Shown piece by piece: positions 9,910 to 20,789 of a stretch of DNA of 64,000 bases. Below the pieces are notes generated by a model. It saw only the letters and a program-made list of their open reading frames with translations, was not told the origin of the DNA and made no database searches. Position numbers and translations under genes: made by a program. Numbering within the stretch: the first letter of the stretch is position 1; every line of letters starts with the position of its first letter. The DNA is from a candidate division WWE3 bacterium (lineage in GTDB: Bacteria; Patescibacteriota; WWE3; UBA101185; UBA10185): assembly GCA_016182565.1 (NCBI GenBank), contig JACPGI010000004.1, positions 110,223-174,222 of the forward strand, written 5' to 3'.

Positions 9910-10971
9910 ATGGCGCTTCTTGAATCCTGTGCTTTTTTAGCTGGAATTATCTTTGAAATACCATCTAGTGCTTTTGCAGACTTACTGGGCAGAAAAAAGA
10001 CAGTGCTTCTTGGTTGGTTAATATCTGGAATCTCATACATTTTTATTGGTGCTTCAAACAGTTTATTTGGACTTGTTGTGGGTATGTTATTTGTGGGGAT
10101 TGGTGGAGCTTTTGTTTCTGGTGCTGACACTGCACTGATTTATGACTTTTTGAAGAAATATGATCACGAGGATTATTACCCTAAACTAAATGTTTTAGGC
10201 AACTTTTTCTATAGATTTAGTATGATTTTTGCTATTTATGCCGGTGGATATTTAAGTACATTAAACCTAGGTCTCAATTATATTTTTAGAGGAACATTTC
10301 AACTATTTTCATTAATTCCGATTCTGCTACTTGTTGAAGTTCCATTTGTTCGTGAAAAGTTATCTTATAGCTCATATATAGCCCAGCTCAAAAGAGGATT
10401 TGTTTATATAACCCAAAACTCTTATATGCAAGACATTATTATTTATTATTCTTTAATAGCGTCCATCACTTGGTCCTGCCTTTATTATTTTAATAATTCA
10501 TTTGCAAATGATGTCGGATTTTCGCCTCAGGGGCAAAGTTTTGTATTTTCACTTATATACGTAATCACAACTACAGCATTATTTTGTCTTCTAAATTACA
10601 CAAATTTTGTAAAAAATACAAAACTGGTTTTATACGTATTCCCATTCATGTTACTCGTAGCATTATTGCCTGGTTTTGTAGCCACAAAGTTAAGTGCCTT
10701 TTTTATGCTGGTTGGTGTAATTCTTGCTGGGGGTGCTAGGTTTTCTGTACTTGATGGTTTGTTGAATAAGCTACTGGAATCTAAAGATAGGGCAACAACC
10801 CTTTCCACTATAAATATGGGAGTTAATGTGCTTTTTATTATTTTGATGTTGGTAGGTGGCCAAATCCAAAACTATTTTTCTACAAAAGAGATGTTTAGTT
10901 TAATGGGTTTGATAGTGCTTTTTGTAGTTTTACCATTTACTCACAGAATAGTTATAAAACATAAAATTTAA
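9910..10971 (+). CDS. MFS-type transporter (appears N-terminally disrupted by a frameshift; first TM encoded by 9788-9940 in another frame)
   Basis: 'FADLLGRKK' MFS loop 2-3 motif; multiple TM helices; upstream 50-aa ORF encodes a typical TM1. Confidence 0.7.
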   Translation: MALLESCAFLAGIIFEIPSSAFADLLGRKKTVLLGWLISGISYIFIGASNSLFGLVVGMLFVGIGGAFVSGADTALIYDFLKKYDHEDYYPKLNVLGNFFYRFSMIFAIYAGGYLSTLNLGLNYIFRGTFQLFSLIPILLLVEVPFVREKLSYSSYIAQLKRGFVYITQNSYMQDIIIYYSLIASITWSCLYYFNNSFANDVGFSPQGQSFVFSLIYVITTTALFCLLNYTNFVKNTKLVLYVFPFMLLVALLPGFVATKLSAFFMLVGVILAGGARFSVLDGLLNKLLESKDRATTLSTINMGVNVLFIILMLVGGQIQNYFSTKEMFSLMGLIVLFVVLPFTHRIVIKHKI

Positions 10972-11002
10972 TTAATATTCCTGTTACGGATGTTTTGAAA
11001 AT

Positions 11003-12487
11003 TTACTCATCTATAGTTTCTTCAATTTTGAGTTCTTTTATCATATTTTTAATTTCCTCTAAGATTGTATCTCCAAAGGCACTTACAAATCTTATGGTTC
11101 CGGCAACATCATGTCCACCACCCTCTACATTAGCATTTGGATACTTAGCTTTGAGGTTTTTCATAATTACAGATACAGGAAGTATTGGTTTGTCTGCTCT
11201 TATTATAATCATATCTTCCATATGACCAAGTGTTATAACAATACTTGCCTCATGTTCAGCCGATGTAATTTCGTGAACCCTACTTATAACAAGGCCTGGA
11301 GACGGATAAGTAAATTTCATTGTGTATTTACTTACATCGATAGTGGAAAGTAAAATATCATTTATTTCTTGGTTTCTAAGGTATGGTAATGTGCTTTGTA
11401 ATTGTGTTTCAAAGCCTTTTCTTACCTCAGTATTTACAATTTCTACAAAATCCGTATTAGAAAATAATTCTTCATAAACACCCTTTCCCGCATCGTGTTT
11501 TAGTTGGTAGGAGATATAGTCTATCGCTGTTCCAACTTTTGCTAAGTCTTCTCTTGATTTACCTGATTTTGCTATATAATCTTCGGTTTCTTGAATTTCA
11601 CATCTATCTAATATCCCAGCAATTGCTGGTAAAATTGGGTTTGAGTAATTTTCCCAAATAAACCGCGCAATCTCATAACAAAGCATCCCCGCTGAAGTTT
11701 TACCATCTAAACCCAATTTATATGGATTTAAGTGTAGTGCCAGATATTTATCTACTGCGGTAACACCATCATTTAATACAATAGGGTTGTGGTGGTCTAT
11801 AACAATAGCTTCATAACCTAAGGTCTTTAAAGTACTAAGTCCAAAAGCGTCCTCTGGTGTGGAGCCGTTGTCGGCAACAATTATTAAAGGCTTCATGTTT
11901 GAATCAGCTTCTACAAACCTTTTTGATAGAACTAGATCTCTAAATACATCGCCGGAAGCGTAAAAAGGTGCTTTTGATGGGCTTCTAAACAGCATGTATC
12001 TTGGATCAATTCCAAAGCTTTCCATAAGACCAAGACAAGCTTTTTCAATTGTAATTCCGGAAATTATGCCATCTGCATCATTGTGATGTCTTATCATGAT
12101 TGGCTGTCCTTCAAGGATGGATAATCTTATTTTAGTAGCGATAGCGACTATGGTCTCTCGCATTGTTTCATATCTTTCGGAAGCTATACTAAAGTCTTTT
12201 TGTATAGGTTTTGCCCTTTCAAACATAATTGCATCAAAGTTCATATTTGATTTTGTTATTTTGGAAAGCTCGATTTGAATTCTACCTTTATGTTCATTTA
12301 CTTCACCCTCTATATAAACTACATCCCCTACTTCAAAATCACTATCTTTTTTGACAGCCTCAACTGCTCCTAAACCATTTGTAACAATAAATACTACTGG
12401 TCCTGGTTTGCTCTTTTTTATTATTTTTACATCACCTTTAAAGATATCTCTAGCTTTTAGGGAGTTTAATCCTGTATTTAATACCAT
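11003..12487 (-). CDS. DHH/DHHA1 family phosphoesterase with N-terminal OB-fold (RecJ-like / NrnA-like)
   Basis: 'IVADNGS', 'IDHHNP' (DHH), C-terminal 'GGGH' (DHHA1); N-terminal beta-rich OB-like segment. Confidence 0.7.
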   Translation of the reverse strand: MVLNTGLNSLKARDIFKGDVKIIKKSKPGPVVFIVTNGLGAVEAVKKDSDFEVGDVVYIEGEVNEHKGRIQIELSKITKSNMNFDAIMFERAKPIQKDFSIASERYETMRETIVAIATKIRLSILEGQPIMIRHHNDADGIISGITIEKACLGLMESFGIDPRYMLFRSPSKAPFYASGDVFRDLVLSKRFVEADSNMKPLIIVADNGSTPEDAFGLSTLKTLGYEAIVIDHHNPIVLNDGVTAVDKYLALHLNPYKLGLDGKTSAGMLCYEIARFIWENYSNPILPAIAGILDRCEIQETEDYIAKSGKSREDLAKVGTAIDYISYQLKHDAGKGVYEELFSNTDFVEIVNTEVRKGFETQLQSTLPYLRNQEINDILLSTIDVSKYTMKFTYPSPGLVISRVHEITSAEHEASIVITLGHMEDMIIIRADKPILPVSVIMKNLKAKYPNANVEGGGHDVAGTIRFVSAFGDTILEEIKNMIKELKIEETIDE

Positions 12488-12605
12488 AATTTATATTGTG
12501 ATTAGAAATCTTTATTTTAGACTTGAAGATGGAATCAAAAACTTTCTCATGACTCTAACCACATGGAATGATAGCACAATAAATGAAGATGTAAACAAAA
12601 GATTT

Positions 12606-13313
12606 CTATAAATCTTTACAACAGACTTTGTTACCGGTACAGCCTAAAGTTCCTAGATTATCACCCCCATACAGAGTGCATTTAGCTGCGCTTATACAGT
12701 CGTATTCACATTCCGGTGTTGGGTCTATTGTTGGTTCTGGTGTTACACCTGAGTACCTACAACAAGTTGGTGTATCATAGGGGCAAAATCCCTTTACTGG
12801 TTTTCCATCTCCATCACCGCATTCTAGAGCGGTAGTGCATGTATAACTACATTGGCCTGTGTTAAAGTCTGGGTTATAGATACAATTTGCAGTTTCTCCT
12901 GAACTGGCACAGCTATCTCCTACACGGCATTTTTGATATATAGGTTTACCATTTTTGCAGCTAACTGCGTATAAGTCGCCACTTATGTTGTTAATACATC
13001 CTGTTTTAACAATGCATGAGGAAGCTGGTTTTGGTGGGTATGGAATAGAGTAGTTTTTTACACATTTTCCCTTACTACATACAGTTCCACCGCAACATGT
13101 TGTGATTCCACAGCTTTCGCCTATTTGGTTACATCTTCTTATGCTAGTTGCTAGGACGTCTATATCCTTTAACTTGTTAATGAGTTTTGGGCCTATATAT
13201 ATATTCCTAATGACACTGCGCCCACTAAACTTAATAACAAAAACAATTTTATAAAACCCTTTTGATTTGATTTCATTTGACTTGAAGATAAAATAATAGG
13301 ACTCACTTATCAA
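12606..13313 (-). CDS. cysteine-rich secreted hypothetical protein
   Basis: >25 Cys in ~170 aa with repeated C-x-C / CC motifs and Thr/Pro linker. Confidence 0.55.
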   Translation of the reverse strand: MISESYYFIFKSNEIKSKGFYKIVFVIKFSGRSVIRNIYIGPKLINKLKDIDVLATSIRRCNQIGESCGITTCCGGTVCSKGKCVKNYSIPYPPKPASSCIVKTGCINNISGDLYAVSCKNGKPIYQKCRVGDSCASSGETANCIYNPDFNTGQCSYTCTTALECGDGDGKPVKGFCPYDTPTCCRYSGVTPEPTIDPTPECEYDCISAAKCTLYGGDNLGTLGCTGNKVCCKDL

Positions 13314-13373
13314 TTATTATATTTTGAATATATAAGTCAATAGTTGCATTGTTAAAACGGCACTATACAATAT

Positions 13374-14297
13374 GTGTGTATGAAAATTACCTTCATAGTT
13401 GTCAACTACAACACAAAAGACCTGTTGGTCAAATGTATTATAAACTTGTTGTCAATTCAACCAAATCTCCCAAAAAATGAAATTGTAGTAGTAGATAATG
13501 GTTCGTACGACGGTTCTACTGAGGAAATTTCTTCCCTATTTAGTTTGCAAGTAACCTTAATAAAAAATCCGCAAAATAGTCTTTCAAGTGGGCATAACCT
13601 AGGTTTTATGGCATCTTCTGGGGAGTATATTGTGCATCTTGGAACAGATTGTTTTCCTACGGCGGATGCCATAAACAGTTTAATAAATTATATGGACGAG
13701 CACAGCGATGTAGGAATATCTACCGGAAAAGTAACTCTACGAGATGGGTCACTGGACATGGATTCTCATCGAGGTCTTGTTACTCCTTGGGTTGCTCTTA
13801 CACACTTAAGTGGTCTTGATAAACTTTTTCCTACTTCCAGACTTTTTTCCGGCTATTTTCTTGGATACATGGATATGTCAAAACCACATGGGATAGACAC
13901 ATGTATTTCTCATTTCATGTTTATTCGCCGAGTTGCATATTTAAAAGTCGGACTTTGGGATACAGCCTATATAGTTTATGGAGAAGATCTGGACTTTTGT
14001 TTTCGTATGAAGCAAGCAAATTATAAGATAATGTACTTACCAGATGTAAAAATCCTTCACTACAAAGGCGCTGGGGTTGGTCGAAAGACAACATCTGATC
14101 TTGTCAATGCAAGTAGATCGGATAAAAAGCATCTTTTCAAAATACGCCAAGAAACAACTCGGGCGATGAAGATATTTTATAAAACCCATCTTGCCAAAAA
14201 TTACCCGTTTTTTATAAATTGGCTAGTATATTTACTAATTTTTATGCTTGCAAAGACTAGAGAGCTTATGTATTTGGTGCGTGGGAGTGGGTATTAA
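13374..14297 (+). CDS. family 2 glycosyltransferase
   Basis: 'ITFIVVNYNT' and 'VVVDNGSYDGS' GT2 (GT-A fold) N-terminal motifs. Confidence 0.85.
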   Translation: MCMKITFIVVNYNTKDLLVKCIINLLSIQPNLPKNEIVVVDNGSYDGSTEEISSLFSLQVTLIKNPQNSLSSGHNLGFMASSGEYIVHLGTDCFPTADAINSLINYMDEHSDVGISTGKVTLRDGSLDMDSHRGLVTPWVALTHLSGLDKLFPTSRLFSGYFLGYMDMSKPHGIDTCISHFMFIRRVAYLKVGLWDTAYIVYGEDLDFCFRMKQANYKIMYLPDVKILHYKGAGVGRKTTSDLVNASRSDKKHLFKIRQETTRAMKIFYKTHLAKNYPFFINWLVYLLIFMLAKTRELMYLVRGSGY

Positions 14298-14428
14298 TAA
14301 CCAAATTTCTCTTTAGTCTAATCATATTTACTTGCAGGTTGCTTTAATAATTATTAACCAAAATAGTTTTATTATCCCATTTTATTTTTTTGATTTGTAT
14401 CTAATTTAGTGGTACAAGTGGCTTAGTT

Positions 14429-14450
14429 CTAGTAAAGCTCTCTTTACTAG
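14429..14450. terminator. perfect 9-bp hairpin (ctagtaaag-ctct-ctttactag) followed by T-rich tract
   Basis: read directly; lies between GT2 gene and the Nudix gene. Confidence 0.3.
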
Positions 14451-14464
14451 ATCCGCATTAATTT

Positions 14465-15175
14465 TTGTTCAATAATCTTTATATGGAATTAGAACTACAT
14501 GAGTTTCAAGCATCAATATTAAGAGAGTTACTTTTTAAACCCCACGCAAGATTTAGAGATTTAAAAAAGGTAGATATTACAAACGATCACTTTACTTTTC
14601 ATGTGCAAAGACTTGTAAAAGAGGGCTTAGTTATAAAGGATGCATCAGGCTATACACTGTCGGACAAAGGAAAAGAATTTGCAAACAGACTAGATACTTT
14701 TTCTCTTGAGATTGAAAAACAGGCAAAGGTAGCTGTTGCCTTGCATGCTGTGCGAACTACAAACGGCATAACAGAGTATCTGATTCATCAGAGATTAAAA
14801 GAACCGTTTTATGGTTGGTTTGGCTCGCATACGGGAAAAATAAAGTGGGGAGAAACACCTCTTGAAGCTGCTAAAAGAGAATTTATGGAGGAAACTGGGT
14901 TAGAAGGTAAACTCGAGCTAAAAGGTATCACAAACGTAAAACATATCCATAAAGATGGAAGGTTTCTAGAAGACAAATATTTTTTTGTCTTTAAAATCGA
15001 AAACCTTAATGGGGATTTAAAAGAGGTAGTTGAAGAGGGTAAAAACATTTGGATGACTGAGAGTGAATATAGGGCTACAAAAAATACATTCGCAACTTTT
15101 GATGATATGGCTAAGGTTTTAAACAGTAAGAAGTTTGGGTATGTTGAGTATGAGTGGGTAGTAAATAGCTATTAA
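14465..15175 (+). CDS. winged-helix domain fused to Nudix hydrolase
   Basis: Nudix box 'GETPLEAAKREFMEETGL' (Gx5Ex7REUxEExGU); N-terminal HTH-like region. Confidence 0.8.
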   Translation: MFNNLYMELELHEFQASILRELLFKPHARFRDLKKVDITNDHFTFHVQRLVKEGLVIKDASGYTLSDKGKEFANRLDTFSLEIEKQAKVAVALHAVRTTNGITEYLIHQRLKEPFYGWFGSHTGKIKWGETPLEAAKREFMEETGLEGKLELKGITNVKHIHKDGRFLEDKYFFVFKIENLNGDLKEVVEEGKNIWMTESEYRATKNTFATFDDMAKVLNSKKFGYVEYEWVVNSY

Positions 15176-15198
15176 ATGAGATCTAAACAAAAATGAAA

Positions 15199-17313
15199 CT
15201 ATTGCCCAATATTTCCGAGTACTCTAAGTATTATGGTTTCTCCATTTCTGAAAACTACAGTCCCAAGCTTGCTTAATTTTTCATAGTTTAACTCCTCTTC
15301 ATATATTCGTTTTTCTGCAATTCCAACTATAATAAAATCTACCCCATATTGTCTTAAAAGTTCTTTTGAAGTTTCTACATTTTTCCCCTTATAAATTTCG
15401 TTAACATCTGCCCTTCTTGGATCAACATCATTTAGTGCTCCTCGCCATGTCCACTCATGCACCGGCCAACCAATAACAGCAGGCCAACCTAACATAACTG
15501 AAAAATAATTATTGATGTGGTAACTGTCCCCTGCTCCCTCAACTATTATTTTCAGTTTTTTTCTTTGGGGTAAGGAGTTTTTATAATTATTTAAATAGGT
15601 ATATGCCTCATAATCAGGCGCTGCTACCCTCCCAAGCCAAGACATAGGATTTGCTATGCCAGAGAAATATTTAGATGTGTGAAAGTATTGGAAAGTTTTT
15701 ATAGGATAAATTAATCCACATATTGAAATGAGAAATGCCCCAACAATAAGTATTACACCTTTACCAAATTTATTTTTTATTTTGTCATAAAGAAACACCA
15801 AACTTACCCCACTTACTATACTAAGCCAAGTCCAAATCTGAGTCCCTATTTTAAAATATGAATTGGCTCTGCTCCACTCGCCATCATGCAGGATATCGTT
15901 TAAGTGCGCAATTTCAAGAAACAGGATTAAAAAAGCAGCTCCAAAATAGATCATCCAGACAAGACCTAATTTATTTTGTAGATTTTCATCTAACAATTTT
16001 CTAACTGATGCAAAAATCCAATATAGGGTAAAAAGTATAAGAATAATAAAAAACCCGCCCCAAAGTTCAAACCAAAGTTTAAACTCGGAAGGAGAAGTGA
16101 CAAGTCCAAGCCCCTCTATTGGTGATTTAAAGGACAAGTACCATGGAAGAGCTATTACTATAAACAAGGCTATGTTAAGTAGAATTGCCATAAAAAAGTC
16201 GATCCATACGACTTTTTTGAAGCTAAGAAGAAGCATTAGAGTGAGTACAAATATGGATAGAAGACCAAGTGAGATGAGATCCCATGTATTCGTCATAAAA
16301 CTGACCCCAAGCAGAAAACTAAGGATATAGAGTCTTATGTTGTAAAGTGAAAATCTAAATGACTCATCATAGTAACTATCAATCAGGATAGCTATTACAA
16401 GTACTGCAATTAAAAACCCCCACATATGTCCATGCATTGATGCTTCTAGAAATGAAAATAGCGGAAACTCGCCAATAGTGCCTGGGATTATTCTTGCAGC
16501 CTCAGCATACCAAAAAAATGGTGCTTCTCCGCCGTACCAGAAATGTTTGGCTTGTTTTAGAAACCACAACACACTATGTATCGGGCCTGAAAAGCAAAAA
16601 AAGATCACACCGATAATTCCACCAACACTAGTTTTAAAATTACGAAGGTAAGTGCCGCTGGAAATAAGCTCTTCCAAGATATATTTTCCAAGATAGTAAA
16701 TTCCAATGCCACATGTAGCGTAAGTCCAACAGGTTGCCAAAAAAAAGATTTGTTCTGCTTTGAGTCTTGTAACCATACACATGATGTAACCTATGAAATG
16801 TCCAAAGTAGTAATAATTAAGATTAGTTCCAGACATCCATAGGTCTTGGAGTGGGAGGGTTCGTACATTAAGAAGGGTTTGAATAAATCCAAAGTCCATG
16901 AATCTTTCGATTTGATATATTTCGGCATTTCTTGCTACAAAAAAATATAGTGTGAAGAAAAGTCCTATAAAAAAAAGTCTAGTCCAGATAGGATTTAAAA
17001 CTAAATTACTTTTGACTAGTGTTTTATTTTTTTGATAAATAATAAGGTTTGTTACTGCTAAAACAAAAAGACACGCAATTACAGTATAAATATTTAAAAT
17101 ATTGTAAGTTGAAAAAACTGAAGCAGTTAAAAACACCAAGAAGCTTAGAAATATCCATCCGAAAGCTGATGACAATACTGCAGCAAATTGCTTAAATCTT
17201 TTAAATACTAACGAGGTGATAGGTAAATTTATTAGTCCGATTAATTCATTTGCAAGTAAAAAAGGGATTATAAATTTGATAATATCGTTCCAAAAAATGG
17301 CAAAAAACTGCAT
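15199..17313 (-). CDS. large polytopic membrane protein, possible GT-C type glycosyltransferase (DUF2298/ArnT-like) with C-terminal soluble domain
   Basis: >15 predicted TM segments over ~600 aa then hydrophilic ~90-aa C-terminus. Confidence 0.4.
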   Translation of the reverse strand: MQFFAIFWNDIIKFIIPFLLANELIGLINLPITSLVFKRFKQFAAVLSSAFGWIFLSFLVFLTASVFSTYNILNIYTVIACLFVLAVTNLIIYQKNKTLVKSNLVLNPIWTRLFFIGLFFTLYFFVARNAEIYQIERFMDFGFIQTLLNVRTLPLQDLWMSGTNLNYYYFGHFIGYIMCMVTRLKAEQIFFLATCWTYATCGIGIYYLGKYILEELISSGTYLRNFKTSVGGIIGVIFFCFSGPIHSVLWFLKQAKHFWYGGEAPFFWYAEAARIIPGTIGEFPLFSFLEASMHGHMWGFLIAVLVIAILIDSYYDESFRFSLYNIRLYILSFLLGVSFMTNTWDLISLGLLSIFVLTLMLLLSFKKVVWIDFFMAILLNIALFIVIALPWYLSFKSPIEGLGLVTSPSEFKLWFELWGGFFIILILFTLYWIFASVRKLLDENLQNKLGLVWMIYFGAAFLILFLEIAHLNDILHDGEWSRANSYFKIGTQIWTWLSIVSGVSLVFLYDKIKNKFGKGVILIVGAFLISICGLIYPIKTFQYFHTSKYFSGIANPMSWLGRVAAPDYEAYTYLNNYKNSLPQRKKLKIIVEGAGDSYHINNYFSVMLGWPAVIGWPVHEWTWRGALNDVDPRRADVNEIYKGKNVETSKELLRQYGVDFIIVGIAEKRIYEEELNYEKLSKLGTVVFRNGETIILRVLGNIGQ

Positions 17314-17407
17314 ATTATAAGAATAACTAAAAATCTACAAAAATGATACAAAAATAAGCCAATATTATTTGATTAAAAAATTTGCAACATGTCGGTATAA
17401 TTAAACT

Positions 17408-17935
17408 ATGATTCTAAGTTCAGATAAGATTAATTTAATAGCAAAACTTTTTTTAGAGAAAAAAATCGGTGTTCTTCCAACTGACACAATTTATGGGATC
17501 CATTCTTTAGCACATTCTACTCTTATAGCTAAACTAATTTCTATTAAAGGAAAGGAACTAAATTCACCTGTTATAACCTTAATATCTGATGTTTCCATGA
17601 TAGATGAGTTTGATGTCAAACTTGATGATTTTGCACTTTTACAGATAGAAAAGCTTTGGCCCGGGCCAAACACACTTATTTTTGAAACGAGCTTAGGTAA
17701 AGAAAGATCATTTAGACTCCCAAGAAATCAGTTTCTTCTAGACTTAATCAAAAAAACAGGCCCACTAGCCTCAACTAGTGCAAATCTACACGGCCACTCG
17801 CATTCAAAAAACGTAGAACAAGCAATTAATTACTTTGGTGATTCAGTAGATTTTTATGTTGATGGTGGTACTTTGGATAATTTGCCATCCAGTGTGTACA
17901 AAATATTTAACAATGAGATTACTAAAATAAGATAA
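17408..17935 (+). CDS. tsaC: L-threonylcarbamoyladenylate synthase, TsaC/YrdC family
   Basis: 'VLPTDTIYGI' YrdC signature; ~175 aa. Confidence 0.8.
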   Translation: MILSSDKINLIAKLFLEKKIGVLPTDTIYGIHSLAHSTLIAKLISIKGKELNSPVITLISDVSMIDEFDVKLDDFALLQIEKLWPGPNTLIFETSLGKERSFRLPRNQFLLDLIKKTGPLASTSANLHGHSHSKNVEQAINYFGDSVDFYVDGGTLDNLPSSVYKIFNNEITKIR

Positions 17936-18033
17936 AGTTAAGTTCCATGATTCGATAAACTGCCTATATGTTTTTTAAGGCATGCTTTATTTATAAGCTA
18001 GTATCATGGATTTTGTTTTATGTATAAGTTAAA

Positions 18034-19203
18034 ATGCATTATATGAAGATTGGTATTGATGCAAGATTTTACGGTGAGGCAGGACCTGGAAGATATACAA
18101 AGTCTATAGTCCAGCACTTGGAAAAGGTTGATACTTTAAATAACTACATAATTTTCTTAAATAAAAATGGATTTAACTTATACACGCCTGAAAACCCAAG
18201 GTTTAAAAAAGTACTAGCTGACTTTCCGTGGTACTCCTTTTCAGAGCAAACAACATTTTTAATTACAGTTTTAAAACATAATCTGGATCTTTATTATGTT
18301 CCTCATTTTAATATTCCCATCTTGTATCCGAAAAAAATAGTTACAGCAATCCCCGATATGACTATGCACACACATTCTACGCATGCAAGTTCTACTCTCC
18401 CATCTTGGTATTTTCTAATCAAAAAAATCGTATATAAAATGGTATTTTGGTGGGCAGTGTTTAGATCTTACAGAGTTATTGTGCCTTCTAATATTGTGCT
18501 TGAGGAATTTAAGCAATATATAAAGGGTATTCCTGCAAATAAATATGTTTTAGCTTACGAGGGTGTTGATCCTGACTTTTATGTAAAACACCCAAATCCA
18601 GGAGAAGTACTTACAAAGTATGGTATAACAAGAAATTTTATTTTACATGTGGGGAGTATGTATACCCATAAAAATATTGTTGGACTAATAGAAATGTACA
18701 AACTTTTGAAATTAAATTATGGATATAAAGGACAGTTTGTTATGGTTTGCAAAAGGGATGAATTTTCACGTCAAATTAAAGAAAAGATTAAAACTGAGGG
18801 TTTATCCGAAGACATAATTTTGCCAGCATATGTACCAAGAGACTTACCAATTAATCAAAAGATTGTTGTCAGTGATTTAGAAATAACTGCCCTAAGACAA
18901 CTTGCGGATGTATACGTATTTGCTGCCTTTACTGAGGGGTTTAGCCTGACTGCACTTGAAGGTATGGTACATGGGCTTCCCGCAGTAGTTTCGGATATTC
19001 CATGTCACAGGGAGGTTTATGGGGACAGTGCGCTGTATTTTAATCCCCATGATACAGATGATATGGCAAGCAAAACTAATACGTTACTTACAAATATTAA
19101 TATGCAAGAAGAATATAAAAAACGTGGTTTTGAACAAGTTAAAAAATATGACTGGCTAAAGACAGCTCAAATTACTCTGGATGTTTTTAATCAAAAGATT
19201 TAA
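18034..19203 (+). CDS. family 4 glycosyltransferase (GT-B)
   Basis: 'EGFSLTALEGMVHGLPAVVSD' canonical GT4 E-x7-E region. Confidence 0.85.
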   Translation: MHYMKIGIDARFYGEAGPGRYTKSIVQHLEKVDTLNNYIIFLNKNGFNLYTPENPRFKKVLADFPWYSFSEQTTFLITVLKHNLDLYYVPHFNIPILYPKKIVTAIPDMTMHTHSTHASSTLPSWYFLIKKIVYKMVFWWAVFRSYRVIVPSNIVLEEFKQYIKGIPANKYVLAYEGVDPDFYVKHPNPGEVLTKYGITRNFILHVGSMYTHKNIVGLIEMYKLLKLNYGYKGQFVMVCKRDEFSRQIKEKIKTEGLSEDIILPAYVPRDLPINQKIVVSDLEITALRQLADVYVFAAFTEGFSLTALEGMVHGLPAVVSDIPCHREVYGDSALYFNPHDTDDMASKTNTLLTNINMQEEYKKRGFEQVKKYDWLKTAQITLDVFNQKI

Positions 19204-19208
19204 AAGTT

Positions 19209-20165
19209 TTACCACTCTACCGAATGCATAATCCGTTCAACATCTATATAGTTTTTTGCTGCCATTAATCTTTGTCTTAAATCATCAGCACCTTTAAACC
19301 CTTTCACGTAAACTTTGAAGAACTTTTTCATAATTTCAAAGTTTTTTGTTTTTCCCCATTTCTCATTGAAAAGTCTTGTATGTTTAATCAATAAATCTAA
19401 ATAGTCTTTTTTGCTGTGATTCACAGGGTTTTCTGATTTATCAAAAAGCCATGGGTTTTGGAATATACCTCTTCCAACCATAGCACCATCTATTCCATAC
19501 TTTTTATGTTTTAATACAATGTCCTTGTAGTCTATTACATCACCATTACCTATTATTAAGGTATCAAGTTTTAAGCTATCTCTTAACTTTACGGTTTTAC
19601 CAATCTCTCCCCAATCTGCAGTTCCTTTGGACATAGCCTGCGCGGTTCGTGCATGTATTGAAAGAGCGCTAAGTTCCTGACTCAATAAAAATGTAAGCCA
19701 CTCTTTAGTTTGTTTACTATCTGAGCCAAGCCTTGTTTTAACACTAAGTGGTATTTCCGGGGTGCTTTTTTTCACTGCATTTATGATCTCCTCCGCAAGT
19801 TTAAAATCATTTATTAGGGCTGCACCAGAATTTCGTCTCATAACACTTCTATCAGGACATCCCATATTAATATCAATTCCATCAAAACCAAGTTCTACTA
19901 TAAACTTTGCAGCCTTTTCATAATTTGCAGGAGTAGAACCCCATAACTGGGCAACTATTGGATGTTGATTTTTTGTAAATAGAAGTTTTTTTATTATGCG
20001 ATCATGGCCTTTAGAAAATATTGCGTCAGCACTTGTAAATTCAGTAAAAAAAACGTCGGGTTTTGCAGTGGTAGATATTATTTCGCGAAAAACAAGATCA
20101 GTCACTTCCTCCATTGGTGCAAGAATAGCAATAGGTCTTTTTAAGGTTTTCCAGAAATTCTTCAT
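19209..20165 (-). CDS. dus: tRNA-dihydrouridine synthase
   Basis: 'LAPMEEVTD', 'GFDGIDINMGCP' FMN/Dus signature. Confidence 0.85.
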   Translation of the reverse strand: MKNFWKTLKRPIAILAPMEEVTDLVFREIISTTAKPDVFFTEFTSADAIFSKGHDRIIKKLLFTKNQHPIVAQLWGSTPANYEKAAKFIVELGFDGIDINMGCPDRSVMRRNSGAALINDFKLAEEIINAVKKSTPEIPLSVKTRLGSDSKQTKEWLTFLLSQELSALSIHARTAQAMSKGTADWGEIGKTVKLRDSLKLDTLIIGNGDVIDYKDIVLKHKKYGIDGAMVGRGIFQNPWLFDKSENPVNHSKKDYLDLLIKHTRLFNEKWGKTKNFEIMKKFFKVYVKGFKGADDLRQRLMAAKNYIDVERIMHSVEW

Positions 20166-20171
20166 AGGGGT

Positions 20172-20789
20172 TTAAAAAATAATGTTTGTGGTAGTAAGGC
20201 TTTCTTTTAAAAGTTTCAGGTGAGATTCTTTTACTGGGTTACCTCGTAAATCAAGTGTTTTAAGTTGTTTTAGATTAAGTATTTCATTTGGAAACTCATC
20301 GATATTATTCTGTGATAGGTCAAGTTCAAGTAGATTACTAAGCTGACCTATTTCTGCTGGTACATCAGTCATACCGTTACCACTAGCATCAAGAATAGTA
20401 AGCTGTGCAAAATTTCTTATTTCACCGGGAAGAGACTTCAATTTATTGTTTTCAATTTTAAAGATTTGAAGCTTTTTCCAGTTTTCTACCTGTGAGGGCA
20501 AAGATTCAATAGAATTGTCTGATAAGTCAAGTTCCGTAATATTACTGTTGTTGATTATCGTAATAGGAACTTCTGATACCCCTTTGCCACTATAATCAAT
20601 TTTGGTGCCAAGAAGATTTGTAGTGATATCTGAAGTTTCCTGTTTGGTAGATTTTACTAAATTTGATTGGTTTTTGGGTTCTTGAATTTTAAGTCTATAA
20701 GATTGAAGCTTGGGGGTAATTAGTATAGTCAACAAAATTGTAACTATGAGGGTTAGGGTAAGGATAGCAATATTTTTTGAATTGTTCAT
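20172..20789 (-). CDS. membrane-anchored leucine-rich repeat (LRR) protein
   Basis: N-terminal TM; six or more 'LxxLxLxxNxI/L' repeats. Confidence 0.85.
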   Translation of the reverse strand: MNNSKNIAILTLTLIVTILLTILITPKLQSYRLKIQEPKNQSNLVKSTKQETSDITTNLLGTKIDYSGKGVSEVPITIINNSNITELDLSDNSIESLPSQVENWKKLQIFKIENNKLKSLPGEIRNFAQLTILDASGNGMTDVPAEIGQLSNLLELDLSQNNIDEFPNEILNLKQLKTLDLRGNPVKESHLKLLKESLTTTNIIF

